From NCBI GenBank assembly GCA_965203805.1, contig OZ241917.1, positions 3,616,001 to 3,680,000 on the forward strand: DNA of 64,000 nt. The letters run 5' to 3'. Position numbers and translations under genes: made by a program. Positions within the stretch are counted from its first letter, which is position 1; each line of letters opens with the position of its first letter. The notes under the pieces are model-generated. The model was not told the DNA's origin. It ran no database searches and was given only the letters and a program-made list of their open reading frames with translations. The DNA comes from Candidatus Latescibacterota bacterium. GTDB taxonomy: Bacteria > Latescibacterota > UBA2968 > GCA-2709665. Positions 49,601 to 59,278 of the stretch are shown piece by piece.

Positions 49601-52209
49601 ATTCCGCGATTGTGACGTTTCCCGCGCCGCGACAGGGCGCGATTCTGGTCTCGGTGGAACAGGACAGCCGCGTACTGCAGACCCGATGGCACGATCCGGA
49701 CGGTCTACGGGACGAGTTCCGGGTTTCGGTGCCCATCTCGCGGGATATGGCGCCCACCGCGTACGTCGGCGTCTCGGTCCTGCAGCCGTACAGCCAGACG
49801 ATGAACGATCGACCAATCCGCCTGTACGGCGTCGTTCCGCTCAATGTAAGCGATCCGCATACCCGCCAGGAAATCTCCGTTCGCATGCCGGACGAACTGA
49901 GGCCCGAGTCCCCGTTTCAGGTTCAGGTCGAGACGGACGACGGAGAGCCGGCGCAGTTCACACTGGCTGTGGTGGACGAGGGATTGCTGGCGCTCACGGG
50001 GTATTCCACGCCGGACGCCTGGAAGTCGTTTTACAGGAAACGCCGCCTGGGCGTGGTGACCCACGACGTGTATTCCCACGTCATCGGCGCCAACAAGGGC
50101 GACGTCTTCAAGACCTTTGCCGTTGGAGGCGGCTTCGCGAAGGCTTACAGGACTTCCCAGCTGGATGCGAAGGGCAGGAAGCGATTCAAGGCGGTATCGC
50201 TGTTCAAGGGACCGATTGAAACCGACGCGCGGGGACGGGCCGCCGTTGATTTCGATATGCCGGACTACACGGGTTCGGTGCGTGTGATGGTCGTTTCCGC
50301 CGGCAGGGGGCGATACGGCCGGGCAGAGACATCCGTGCCGGTGAAGTCCGACCTGATGGTGATGCCCACGCTGCCGCGCGTGCTTGGGCCGGAGGACCGA
50401 ATCACCGTTCCCGTGACCGTTTTCGCGATGGCCGACAGTATCGGTCCGACCGTCGTTTCGATGCGGACCGAAGGCCCCGTTTCCATTGTCGGACCTGCGC
50501 GGCAGGAGCTGGCCTTCTCCGCGGCGGGCGAAAAGGACCTCACGTTCGCTCTACAGGCGTCGGCGGCCGTGGGACAGGCACGGGTTGTCGTGACCGCGGA
50601 GGCGCAGGGGCTTGCGGCGGACCATGAGACCGATCTGAAGGTGCGCGCCTCGGCAGCCAGGATCTATTCGACGGAGGAGCAGAGTGTCCGGCCGGGCGAG
50701 AGGGTCCGGTTTGCGGTACCGGACAGAGGACTGCCCGGTACCAATCGCGCCATCGTGGCCTTACGCCGCCGCCCCGACCTGGGGATGACCCATCGGCTGC
50801 TCGGGCTGATACGCTACCCGTACGGTTGTATCGAGCAGACGGTGTCAGCCGCGTTCCCGCTGCTCTATCTGGGAACGCTGCTGGAAGGCGTAACGTTTGC
50901 CGGCCCCGCAACGAGCGATATCGACCGGTATATCAATCTGGCGATCCGCAAGTTGAGGAACTTCAAACTTGCGTCCGGAGGGTTCACGTACTGGCCCGGC
51001 GCATCGTCGGTCTCGACCTGGGGCTCCCTGTACACGGGGCATTTTTTAATCGAAGCAGGGAAACTGGGATACCACGTTCCTCAGGACCTGATGGCCAACT
51101 GGCTGCGTTACGAGAAGTCGCGTGCACTGACCGCTAAAGACGACCTGATGGAACGGGTTTATCGGGTCTATCTCCTGGCGCTTGCCGGCGAATACCGGAT
51201 CGGCCCGATGAATCTGCTGAAAGAGACCGGCATCAAGGACATGAACGACACCCAGAAGTGGATGCTGGCCGCGGCCTATCACCTTGCCGGCGTGGAGCGG
51301 ACAGCCGCGCAGATCCTCATCCCGGCGGGAAAGCGGGTGGAAGATTACCGCGAATCGGGCGGCACCTACGGCTCGAGCCTGCGGGATATGGCGATCATTC
51401 TGAATACGCTGGTTATGTTCGAACGCTGGTCGGAGGCGGACGAGATCGCCAATCAGTTAGGAAAAGCGCTCGCGTCGCAGGAATGGTACAACACCCAGAC
51501 CACCGGGTTCATGCTTCTGGCCATGGGGAAGTATCTTCGTTCTCTTTCCGGGGAAGACGATCGCCCGCCCGTGCTCGCTGGCACCCTTTACCTTGCGGAT
51601 GGGAAGGAAGTGCCGTTTGAGACGGATCGATCCGTCTATCAACTGGAAATCGAAGACGGCTTCGGCCGGGAAATCGAGGTATTTCTGGATTCAACGTCGA
51701 CCGTCAACAGGGCGTTCGCAACCCTGGATTGGGACGGCGTTCCGCTTACCGACGACCTGGGAGACACGTCCAGCAAGCTGAGTCTCGAGGTGGCCTGGCT
51801 CAATGAGGCAGGCCTGCCGGTCGAGCCCGCCGAACGCTCCCAAGGCGAGAACTTCTGGGGTCATTTCCGCGTGCGCAATCTGTCGGCCGTTCGAAAAATC
51901 GAAGAGGTGGCGCTGGTTCAGGTCCTTCCTGCCGGTTGGGAGATCGACAACCCGCGACTGTCCGCCCGGACCGCTCCGGGATGGACGACCCGCCTGGATC
52001 TGAACCTGGAGGAGTATCTGGACGTGCGCGACGACCGCGTGATGTGGTTCTTCGACATCGGCAGGCGCACCAAATTGGACTTCGTGGTCCGATTGAACGC
52101 GGTTACGGTCGGGTCATTCAGGCTGCCCGCAACGGTTGCCGAAGCGATGTACGATCGGACCTACAGGGCGACGGCGGCAGGAAGACCGGTCGAGGTCAGG
52201 CATAGATAG
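46678..52209 (+). CDS. Bacterial alpha-2-macroglobulin (lipoprotein)
   Basis: Lipobox MTG-C, TERGVYRPG, AVVDEG, intact thioester motif YPYGCIEQ, AEAMYD; followed by pbpC. Confidence 0.95.
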   Translation: MTPNRIECCLLLLTGILMTGCASKRNETETITYSRETARLVSHATSDMIRAGDDIRVRFVSPVVSGNRVGHGLEETVFAFVPHIDGNARWADRRTLLFKPDEPLPFRQRYRGTLDLAALFPRRPDLRPLEFAFHVAGREIVSLNADFEVIEKDDPRRVVYKGRVVFSEKTPLEQVRQAARLSMYSGRKSLSLAWTADAEGKVFSFVSEPIERSKTTRVLRFNLEKEALAISRDYVEKRRLTPITEMKIVKVEGRGEGRQPGLAVELTDEPDPHQDLQGLIAVDPPMDVRIRAAGRKIHVSGEFEHGRHYTLTVHPGIRSRWGAATASERTETIQIPDLKPRIRFSEDGMILPTINRQRVRFRTVNVSRVRLEIKQVFDSNLGQFLQTQSLKSDGDRRRSFSSWQVNRVGVGLVDTVLEIGAVRNRWLQHELDLNELLDPTEKGPLLISLSFKHIDMLYGAPGEAEEARKQRRRNRGNYDFRNHPFSPEYVHRFGRAFKPVIVSDIGLTYKKAHRRHFVYARNVSNAAPMAGVAVTLRTFQNQVAGRGVTDRYGEAAISGGRRDIFYVEAEKDGQKSIIKCNEMAWNLSTFDTGGAAAPPDGVRAFIYTERGVYRPGDEIHLSLIARNSEQTFPENHPVTLKLYNPRNQLVLERTARDGKDGFYVFSFKTEPHDPTGNWRARLAVGSRTFEHTVKVETVAPYRLRVWIEPEKQNLTAEDNELRLGLLSTYLFGNPAVGLDAEVTAELRHSAKQFSGYPEFSFTNEGVTHRPVRTSIFKGRLDTLGRARVRWRLPQLDGTPSAIQVVINATVLERGGRPNRSRETLALDPYDRYVGVRKPRFDYGYARMGSAVEIPIVLVTPEGEAAAGLPLEYRIFRSTAHWWWEYESRDQFRLRFKKDQNTEQIDSGSLFSKTTPVPLVFTPDQRGEYLIEVQDAAGHTAAFFIRAYPWGEAQADPKTAGMLALRTDRKSYAPGDSAIVTFPAPRQGAILVSVEQDSRVLQTRWHDPDGLRDEFRVSVPISRDMAPTAYVGVSVLQPYSQTMNDRPIRLYGVVPLNVSDPHTRQEISVRMPDELRPESPFQVQVETDDGEPAQFTLAVVDEGLLALTGYSTPDAWKSFYRKRRLGVVTHDVYSHVIGANKGDVFKTFAVGGGFAKAYRTSQLDAKGRKRFKAVSLFKGPIETDARGRAAVDFDMPDYTGSVRVMVVSAGRGRYGRAETSVPVKSDLMVMPTLPRVLGPEDRITVPVTVFAMADSIGPTVVSMRTEGPVSIVGPARQELAFSAAGEKDLTFALQASAAVGQARVVVTAEAQGLAADHETDLKVRASAARIYSTEEQSVRPGERVRFAVPDRGLPGTNRAIVALRRRPDLGMTHRLLGLIRYPYGCIEQTVSAAFPLLYLGTLLEGVTFAGPATSDIDRYINLAIRKLRNFKLASGGFTYWPGASSVSTWGSLYTGHFLIEAGKLGYHVPQDLMANWLRYEKSRALTAKDDLMERVYRVYLLALAGEYRIGPMNLLKETGIKDMNDTQKWMLAAAYHLAGVERTAAQILIPAGKRVEDYRESGGTYGSSLRDMAIILNTLVMFERWSEADEIANQLGKALASQEWYNTQTTGFMLLAMGKYLRSLSGEDDRPPVLAGTLYLADGKEVPFETDRSVYQLEIEDGFGREIEVFLDSTSTVNRAFATLDWDGVPLTDDLGDTSSKLSLEVAWLNEAGLPVEPAERSQGENFWGHFRVRNLSAVRKIEEVALVQVLPAGWEIDNPRLSARTAPGWTTRLDLNLEEYLDVRDDRVMWFFDIGRRTKLDFVVRLNAVTVGSFRLPATVAEAMYDRTYRATAAGRPVEVRHR

Positions 52210-52296
52210 AACGCCACCGGGCCGTCGTCTTTCCGGCCGCCGGCAGCGACGGCGGGGCGATTCGGGGAACGACGGTCTGTTGCAGAGGCTGAGATT

Positions 52297-54678
52297 ATGG
52301 TTTCACTGAGAAAGCGGACGGTGAAGGTAGGATGGCGCCGCGTGGCCCTTCGTGCACTTGGAAGACGCGGGAGGGCGGGGCTCCTTCTTACACTCCTTCT
52401 CTTCCCCGTGGCGATTTACGTATCGACTCCCCTGCCGGATCCGCTATTCGATCCCGACTACAGTACGGTTGTGCTGGACGAACGGGGACGGATCCTGCGG
52501 ATGTTCCTGAATGGCGATGAGCAGTGGCGTTTCCCCCACCGGGCGAATGCCGATGTTCCTCACGCGCTCGAAGCCGCGGTTCTCTGTTTCGAGGACCGCC
52601 GCTTTTACAGGCATCCCGGCGTGGACCCGCTGGCGCTGCTTCGCGCCGTTTATCAGAATTTCCGTGCCGGAGAGGTCGTTAGCGGCGCGAGCACGCTGAC
52701 GATGCAGGTTGCCCGGATGACCTCGCCGAAGAAGAGGACCTATATCAATAAAGCTATGGAGATGCTCCAGGCATTGAAAATGGAACTTCATTACGACAAG
52801 AAGCGGATCCTGAACCTCTACCTGGACCACGCGCCATACGGCGGAAATGTCGTGGGCTACCGTGCGGCAGCGCACCGGTATTTCGGCAAGTCTGCTGAAC
52901 GGCTGACCTGGGGAGAGGCCGCCACGCTGGCGGTCCTTCCGAATGCGCCCGGGCTGATATCGCCTCTTGCGGACCCGGACAAACTGCGGGTCAGGCGAGA
53001 CCGGCTTCTGAGCCGGCTGCGGAACGAAGGGGCGATAGACGTCGAGACCTTTGACCTGGCGAGGCTGGAAGCGGTTCCGGAGGGCGCCCTGCCGTTGCCG
53101 ATGGACGCGCCGCATCTGTCGCGGCGGCTGGCGTCGCGGCACCGGAGTACGTATTTGAGGACCACGCTAAGACGGGACATTCAGAAACAGAGCGCGAAAC
53201 TCGTCAATCGACACGCTGCCTTCATGCGGCGCCTGGGGGTCCGGAACGGCGCGGCCCTGGTGGTCGAAACACGAACGGGAGAGGTGCGCGCGTACGTCGG
53301 ATCCCAGGGCTTTTTCGACGCCCGGAACCAGGGCCAGGTGGACGGCGTTGCGGCCGCACGGTCCTCCGGATCTCTTCTCAAACCGTTTCTGTTCGCCCTG
53401 GGCGTCGACGAGGGCCTCCTGCTGCCCCGGACGCAGGTCCGGGACCTGCCCACGCACTACGGCGCTTTCTCCCCGGGGAACGCGGATGGGACCTATGCCG
53501 GTCTGGTTGCGGCCAAAGAAGCGCTGGTTCGTTCCCTGAACGTGCCCGCGGTCCGTCTGCTGGATGCGTACGGGATGGACCCGTTCCACCGGTTTTTGAA
53601 AGCCGCCGGCCTGACGACGCTCTTCCGGTCTTCCGTTGATTACGGGCTGCCGATGATTCTCGGAGGCGTCGAAGTCAGCCTGTGGGACATGGCGCAATGC
53701 TACCGCGCGCTGGCCAACGGCGGGCGCTTCGATCCCCTCAAGGTCATGGCAGGAGCGCCCGGCGCGGAAGGTCCCTCGCTTATCAGTCCCGGCGCCTGTT
53801 ATCTGACACTCGACGTGCTTCGGGATCTCAAGCGCCCCGGCGTGGAATATTACTGGCATCAGTTCCAGAACCAGTGGCCGATCGCCTGGAAGACGGGTAC
53901 CAGCTACGGGAAGCGGGATGCCTGGGCCGTCGGCGTCAGCCCGGAGTGGACGGTGGCGGTCTGGATCGGCAACTTCGGGGGTCGAGGGAATGCGGACCTC
54001 ACGGGCGCGAGTTCGGCCGCGCCCCTCCTGTTCGACCTGTTCAACATGCTGCCGAAGCGACGGGAGCACGCCTTGTTCGAAACGCCGGATTCCAGCCTGC
54101 GTCCGCTTCAGCTTTGCGCGGATACCGGATTCCGGGCGGGTCCGGACTGCGAGCGTCCGGTACCCGTTCAGGCGCCCCGGCATATGAAACCCCTCCGAAC
54201 CTGTCCCTACCACCGGACCTTCCAGGTGACGATGGACCAAAGCCATCGCGTGTGTTCGCTCTGCTGGCAACCCGGGGCGCGTCGTTCTGTAAAGCGGCTG
54301 GTCTTTCCGGCGGATGTCGCGCAAGTCTTGCGTGAACGGGGGCATGTTCCTGGCACGGTTCCGCCGCACAATCCGGAATGCCCGGCCGCGACCGAGTCCC
54401 TTCCGTTGAAAATCACCTACCCGCAACAGAACGCCAGGCTGTGGCTTCCCAGGGATTTCGGCGGCGCGCTGCAGAAGATCGCGATGCGGGTGGCTCACCG
54501 GGAGACGAATCGCATTCTGTACTGGTACCTGGACGACCGGTATCTGGGGAGCAGCCGCGGACGGCACGTCAAAGCCGCGGAACTTTCGAAGGGATGGCAC
54601 ACGCTGGACGTGGTGGACGAGATGGGCAACCGGGATCGAAAGCGCTTCTTCGTCGACATGAGACACAACGGCGGATGA
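52297..54678 (+). CDS. pbpC: Penicillin-binding protein 1C
   Basis: EDRRF..HPGVD, SGASTLTMQ, SLLK, SLN, KTG; C-terminal YWYLD domain; adjacent to A2M. Confidence 0.95.
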   Translation: MVSLRKRTVKVGWRRVALRALGRRGRAGLLLTLLLFPVAIYVSTPLPDPLFDPDYSTVVLDERGRILRMFLNGDEQWRFPHRANADVPHALEAAVLCFEDRRFYRHPGVDPLALLRAVYQNFRAGEVVSGASTLTMQVARMTSPKKRTYINKAMEMLQALKMELHYDKKRILNLYLDHAPYGGNVVGYRAAAHRYFGKSAERLTWGEAATLAVLPNAPGLISPLADPDKLRVRRDRLLSRLRNEGAIDVETFDLARLEAVPEGALPLPMDAPHLSRRLASRHRSTYLRTTLRRDIQKQSAKLVNRHAAFMRRLGVRNGAALVVETRTGEVRAYVGSQGFFDARNQGQVDGVAAARSSGSLLKPFLFALGVDEGLLLPRTQVRDLPTHYGAFSPGNADGTYAGLVAAKEALVRSLNVPAVRLLDAYGMDPFHRFLKAAGLTTLFRSSVDYGLPMILGGVEVSLWDMAQCYRALANGGRFDPLKVMAGAPGAEGPSLISPGACYLTLDVLRDLKRPGVEYYWHQFQNQWPIAWKTGTSYGKRDAWAVGVSPEWTVAVWIGNFGGRGNADLTGASSAAPLLFDLFNMLPKRREHALFETPDSSLRPLQLCADTGFRAGPDCERPVPVQAPRHMKPLRTCPYHRTFQVTMDQSHRVCSLCWQPGARRSVKRLVFPADVAQVLRERGHVPGTVPPHNPECPAATESLPLKITYPQQNARLWLPRDFGGALQKIAMRVAHRETNRILYWYLDDRYLGSSRGRHVKAAELSKGWHTLDVVDEMGNRDRKRFFVDMRHNGG

Positions 54679-54904
54679 CGAAACTGCGTTTCAGTGACAC
54701 GTCCCGGCATGTACGTTTCTCCGTACCGCGTGAAATTGCGACACGGGACTTGAAAACCGGGTCCGTCTTTGCTATCTTGGGACACGGCGAGATGGAAATC
54801 GTCAGCCGTCAGGAACGGAGGCGGCGCCCTGCCCCGGACCTGTCGATTCTCGCCCGGGGCGAAGAGAGAGGACAACCGCTGGCCGCCGATCGCCGGTTTA
54901 AATT

Positions 54905-55885
54905 ATGGAAATCAAGAGCGACCCACCGGCCGGACCCGGCACACCGACGCGCGGAACGGTTGATGTTTCCATCGTGATTCCGCTATTGAACGAAGCGGAC
55001 AGCCTTCGACCGCTGATGGAACAGATCCGGACGACCCTGGCTGCAACCGGGCTTCGTTTCGAAGTGATTTTCATAGACGATGGCAGTACTGACGGATCAA
55101 TCGCGATTCTGGAGGAGCTCCACGGCGTCCACGACGAAGTCCGGGTCATTCAGTTCCGCCGCAACTTCGGCAAAGCCGCGGCGTACGCCGCGGGATTCGA
55201 CGTGGCGGCGGGGCGGACGATCATCACCATGGATGCCGACCTCCAGGACGATCCGGCGGAAATCCCTCATCTGATCGAAGAAATCGACAGCGGTCTCGAC
55301 CTGGTTTCCGGGTGGAAGAAGAAGCGCTTCGATCCCCTCAGCAAGACCATCCCGTCCAGGTTCTTCAACTGGGTAACCGGCCGGATTTCCGGCATTCCGA
55401 TACACGATTTCAATTGCGGTCTTAAGGCGTTCCGCCGCGAGGTCGTGGGCGACATCAAGATATACGGCGAACTGCATCGGTACATTCCAGTCCTTGCCCA
55501 CATGGAAGGCTACCGCATCGGAGAAATCGTCGTACAGCACCGCCCCCGCCGCTTCGGCGTCACCAAATACGGGTGGACGCGTCTGCTGAAGGGCTTCTTC
55601 GATCTGCTTACCGTCATGTACCTGGGTCGGTACATCGGACGTCCGTTACACCTGTTCGGCACGATAGGCGTCATGCTGAGCGCGTTGGGCGTTGCGATCA
55701 ACGCCTTTATCGCATTTCTATGGTTCAGCACGGGGACCATTCAGAACCGCCACCCGCTACTTTTCCTTGGAATCCTGCTGTCGGTGCTGGGGGTTCAGTT
55801 CGTGTGCACCGGCCTCCTGGCCGATATGATCACGCGGCAGACGCTTCTCCACGAGAAATACAACATCCGAAGAATCCTCAAGTAG
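54905..55885 (+). CDS. GT2 polyprenol-phosphate glycosyltransferase (ArnC/GtrB-like)
   Basis: SIVIPLLNE, IDDGSTD, RRNFGK, MDADLQD, two C-terminal transmembrane helices. Confidence 0.92.
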   Translation: MEIKSDPPAGPGTPTRGTVDVSIVIPLLNEADSLRPLMEQIRTTLAATGLRFEVIFIDDGSTDGSIAILEELHGVHDEVRVIQFRRNFGKAAAYAAGFDVAAGRTIITMDADLQDDPAEIPHLIEEIDSGLDLVSGWKKKRFDPLSKTIPSRFFNWVTGRISGIPIHDFNCGLKAFRREVVGDIKIYGELHRYIPVLAHMEGYRIGEIVVQHRPRRFGVTKYGWTRLLKGFFDLLTVMYLGRYIGRPLHLFGTIGVMLSALGVAINAFIAFLWFSTGTIQNRHPLLFLGILLSVLGVQFVCTGLLADMITRQTLLHEKYNIRRILK

Positions 55886-55929
55886 CGCCTCCGTTCGCGC
55901 CCGGAACCCCGAGACATGGAGACAGGCAC

Positions 55930-55964
55930 AAAAAAACGACAGACCATAGGACATGGTCTGTCGT
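55930..55964 (-). terminator. Terminator for a minus-strand transcript
   Basis: Minus strand ACGACAGACCAT-gtcct-ATGGTCTGTCGT followed by a T-tract. Confidence 0.85.
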
Positions 55965-56022
55965 ATACGACGAACTGCCGGCACAAACGAAGTCGTTACG
56001 TCGCGGGTGTTGCAGCCGTGGC

Positions 56023-56193
56023 TCAAAAGGCCATCGGCATTCCGTGGACCTGCGGGCGGCCCAACACCGCCTGATCGTGCCGGCGTACCACGCGCCTGAG
56101 CTGTTCGGAGCGCCTATCGTTTCCCTTGATCGCGTAATAAAGCGCCAGAAAGGCCAGGCGGTCGCGCGGATTCAGTGCTGTCTTGAGATCCAT
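56023..56193 (-). CDS. Small hypothetical protein, 56 aa (below the ORF-track cutoff)
   Basis: MDLKTALNPRDRLAFLALYYAIKGNDRRSEQLRRVVRRHDQAVLGRPQVHGMPMAF*. GAGG RBS; flanked by a sigma54-like promoter and a terminator. Confidence 0.6.
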   Translation of the reverse strand: MDLKTALNPRDRLAFLALYYAIKGNDRRSEQLRRVVRRHDQAVLGRPQVHGMPMAF

Positions 56194-56259
56194 TTCAGGG
56201 CCTCGAACGTTAAGGGTGACAGAAAGAAATTAACACTGATGAACACACTCTGAAAATAT

Positions 56260-56276
56260 AGCGAATATCGTGCCAA
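56260..56276 (-). promoter_or_regulatory. sigma54 (-24/-12) promoter candidate
   Basis: TTGGCACGATATTCGCT with correct GG-N10-GC spacing. Confidence 0.65.
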
Positions 56277-56522
56277 CAATTCGGACCAGGCGTGTTGTTT
56301 TCCATTTATTCAGCATTTGCGGGCATTTTTCGGGCACAAGTTGAACGTTTGACGCGGTCACGCGTAGCACAATGTGTTCAATTGCACCACACAGTGTGAA
56401 AAATCCGGTGAAATTCGCCCACTCGCCGGACGGGGCCAGGTGAACCCTGACCAACCGTTCCGGCGGCACGATCTCACCGGACCCACGCCGTTGCCTTATT
56501 AAGGGCGGGAGGCGGTATCCAT

Positions 56523-57809
56523 ATGCTGGATCTGAACCGGATTCGGGAGGATCCCGATGGCGTCAGGCAGGCGCTGTTGAAGCGGCTGGACGGGGTGGAT
56601 TTTGCGGACTTGCTCCAGTGGGACCGGGACCGGAGAGCCCTTATCGCCAGAATAGGGGGCCTGCGCGAACGTCGAAACAAGGTCTCCGCGCAGATCCCGC
56701 AGATGAAGCGTGCGGGCAGGGACACGACCGATATCCAGAGTGAAATGAAGGCGGTTTCCGGGAACATCAGGACCCTTGAGACGGAGCTCTCGGAATTTGA
56801 ACGCCGTATCCGGAGCTTTCTGGAGGAACTGCCCAATATTCCGGCAAACGACGTTCCCCCGGGAGGGAAGGAGAACAACGAGGTCATTCGAACCTGGGGC
56901 GAAATGCCGGAATTGGCGGAAGGGGCCAAAGACCACGTCGACCTTGTAACCTCGCTGGGGCTGATCGACTACGAGCGCGGCGTGAAGATGGGCGGCGCCG
57001 GGTTCTGGCTCTATCGGGGCGACGGCGCCCGCCTGGAATGGGCGCTCCTGAACTACTTCGTCGAAGCGCACCTCCGGGACGGCTACGAATTTGTACTGCC
57101 GCCGCACCTGCTCACGTATGACTGCGGTTACACGGCCGGGCAGTTTCCCAAGTTCGCTGACGACGTGTTTCATCTGAAGTGGGAAAGCGAAAAGGAGTCG
57201 CGGTTCCTCCTGCCAACGTCCGAGACCGCCCTGATCAACTTCCATCGGGACGAAATTCTGCCGGAAGCGGACCTGCCCAGGAGATATTTTTCCTATACGC
57301 CATGCTACCGGAGAGAGGCCGGCAGCTATCGGGCCCAGGAACGCGGCATGATTCGAGGACACCAGTTCAACAAGGTCGAGATTTTCCAGTTCACGCGCCC
57401 CGAAGACTCCGATCTCGCCCTGGAAGAGCTGATTGCCAAGGCCGAAGGCCTGGTTCAGGGTCTGGAGTTGCACCACCGCGTTTCCAAACTGGCCGCCCAG
57501 GATGCCAGCGCGGCGATGGCCAAGACCTACGACATCGAGATTTGGATTCCGAGCATGGGAGAGTACAAGGAGGTCAGTTCGGCATCCAACGCGAGCGACT
57601 ACCAGGCCCGGCGCGGCCGCATCCGGTTCAAACGCGCCGAGACGGGGCGGAATGAATTCGTGCATACGCTCAACGCCTCAGGCCTGGCGACCAGCCGCCT
57701 GATTCCAGCCATTGTCGAGCAGACTCAGCGACCCGACGGCTCGGCTGTCATTCCGAGAGTCCTTCGGCCGTATATGGGCGGGCAGGAAGTCCTGGAACCC
57801 GCGGCGTGA
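56523..57809 (+). CDS. serS: Seryl-tRNA synthetase
   Basis: MLDLNRIR, LPNIP, LLPTSE, CYRREAGS, RGHQFNKVE, EVSSASN, HTLNASGLA. Confidence 0.97.
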   Translation: MLDLNRIREDPDGVRQALLKRLDGVDFADLLQWDRDRRALIARIGGLRERRNKVSAQIPQMKRAGRDTTDIQSEMKAVSGNIRTLETELSEFERRIRSFLEELPNIPANDVPPGGKENNEVIRTWGEMPELAEGAKDHVDLVTSLGLIDYERGVKMGGAGFWLYRGDGARLEWALLNYFVEAHLRDGYEFVLPPHLLTYDCGYTAGQFPKFADDVFHLKWESEKESRFLLPTSETALINFHRDEILPEADLPRRYFSYTPCYRREAGSYRAQERGMIRGHQFNKVEIFQFTRPEDSDLALEELIAKAEGLVQGLELHHRVSKLAAQDASAAMAKTYDIEIWIPSMGEYKEVSSASNASDYQARRGRIRFKRAETGRNEFVHTLNASGLATSRLIPAIVEQTQRPDGSAVIPRVLRPYMGGQEVLEPAA

Positions 57810-57828
57810 AACGCGAATCCGCCGGGCG

Positions 57829-59223
57829 CTACAGACCCAGAATGCGGTTTGCGGTCTCTATCGCCTGTCTGACGCAGTCGGGCACGGAGGAGCCCCGGTA
57901 TGCGCTGCCGGTGAGGTACAGGCCCGGTTGTTCCGCCAGGAGCGATTCCAATTTCCCAACCCGGTCCAGGTGTCCCACGTCGAACTGGGGCCTTCCCTTC
58001 CGCCAGCGGTGAATCCGGGAAAACAACGGCTCCGCGGTCAGGCCCATCACGCGCGCAAGGTCTTCCCTGACGGCACGCACGAGCATTTCGTCGGACATCT
58101 CAATCACGTCTTCCTGAGTGTCCCTGCCGACAAATCCCCTTAGCAACACCCCGTCGTCCGGCGCCCGGTGGTCCAGCTTGGACGACACCCAGGTGCATCC
58201 CGTGGTTCGGAGACCCTCCGATCGCGGAACCAGGAATCCGAACCCGTCAAGGTTGTGCTGGTCGAGAACGTCGGCCTTCCGGTACGCCAGCGCCACGGTC
58301 CCGGAGGAGACGTACCGGACCTGCCGGAGCCGGGCCGACAGCGATGGCGCGAACCCGTCCAGCAGACCGGCCGCTGCATACGCCGGCGCGGCCAGTACCA
58401 CGGCATCGGTTTGCAGAGAATCCCCGCCAAGCGACACGTCAAATCCACGCTTGCGTCTCGCCAGGCCCGTTACCCGGGAGTTTGTGCGCAGGTCGCCGCG
58501 GAGCCGGTCCACAATCGCCTCGACGAGTTCTCCGAGACCGCCGATCAGGGTCTGGAACATCGGTTGCGACGGCACGCCGTCGCCCGAAGACGAATGGTGT
58601 TTCCGCGCGGCGCGAACGGCCCTGATCAGGCTGCCGTATTTGCGCTCCATTTCCGCAAACTGTGGAAAGGTTGCCAGCAGGCTCAGCTTTTCCGGATCCG
58701 CCCCGTGGATGCCCGCAAGCATCGGTCCCCCGATCTTATCGAGGGCCTCCTGCCCCAGGCGCCGCCGGACAAACGACGCCAGGCTCTCGTCGTCCGCGTC
58801 CTTTCGGGGGGGTAGATAACGCTCCAGACCGATCCGCAGCTTGCCGCGAATGGAGAAGAGCGGGGAGCGGGCGATCGGCAGGAACCGCGACGGCACCAGG
58901 GTGAAGTCTTCGGGAAACGGCGCCAATTCACCCGCCTGTACCAGGTAGGTCTTCCGCCGTTCCTCGTTCGGCGCAATCAGCCGGTCCTCGAGCCCCAGGT
59001 CCAGACAGAGCCCGACGCCCCATGGCTTCCGAGTCAAAAGCAAATCGGGTCCACCCTCGATGGTGAACCCGTTGATCCGCTCGGTCAGGATTTCCCCGCC
59101 CCATCGCCCCGTGGCCTCAACCAGCGTGTAATCGACCTCCCTGCCGTGGGCTTCGGCCTTTTCCTGGAGATAATAGGCCGTTGCCAGCCCGGCGATTCCT
59201 CCGCCAGCGATGGTCACATGCAT
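57829..59223 (-). CDS. hemY: HemY-type (copro/proto)porphyrinogen oxidase
   Basis: [20 protein letters not shown]-terminal G..VPDCVRQA. Confidence 0.93.
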   Translation of the reverse strand: MHVTIAGGGIAGLATAYYLQEKAEAHGREVDYTLVEATGRWGGEILTERINGFTIEGGPDLLLTRKPWGVGLCLDLGLEDRLIAPNEERRKTYLVQAGELAPFPEDFTLVPSRFLPIARSPLFSIRGKLRIGLERYLPPRKDADDESLASFVRRRLGQEALDKIGGPMLAGIHGADPEKLSLLATFPQFAEMERKYGSLIRAVRAARKHHSSSGDGVPSQPMFQTLIGGLGELVEAIVDRLRGDLRTNSRVTGLARRKRGFDVSLGGDSLQTDAVVLAAPAYAAAGLLDGFAPSLSARLRQVRYVSSGTVALAYRKADVLDQHNLDGFGFLVPRSEGLRTTGCTWVSSKLDHRAPDDGVLLRGFVGRDTQEDVIEMSDEMLVRAVREDLARVMGLTAEPLFSRIHRWRKGRPQFDVGHLDRVGKLESLLAEQPGLYLTGSAYRGSSVPDCVRQAIETANRILGL

Positions 59224-59278
59224 TTCGGCACCTCAACACGGCATCGGGAATCGGTACGCGGACCGGAGGCGTCCGGAT

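Noticed and set aside
46678-54678. Alpha-2-macroglobulin plus pbpC as a novel system
   Set aside because: This is a well-described conserved pair with a canonical CxEQ thioester.
56404-56520. T-box upstream of serS
   Set aside because: No GGTGGNACCGCG sequence and no terminator before the start codon.
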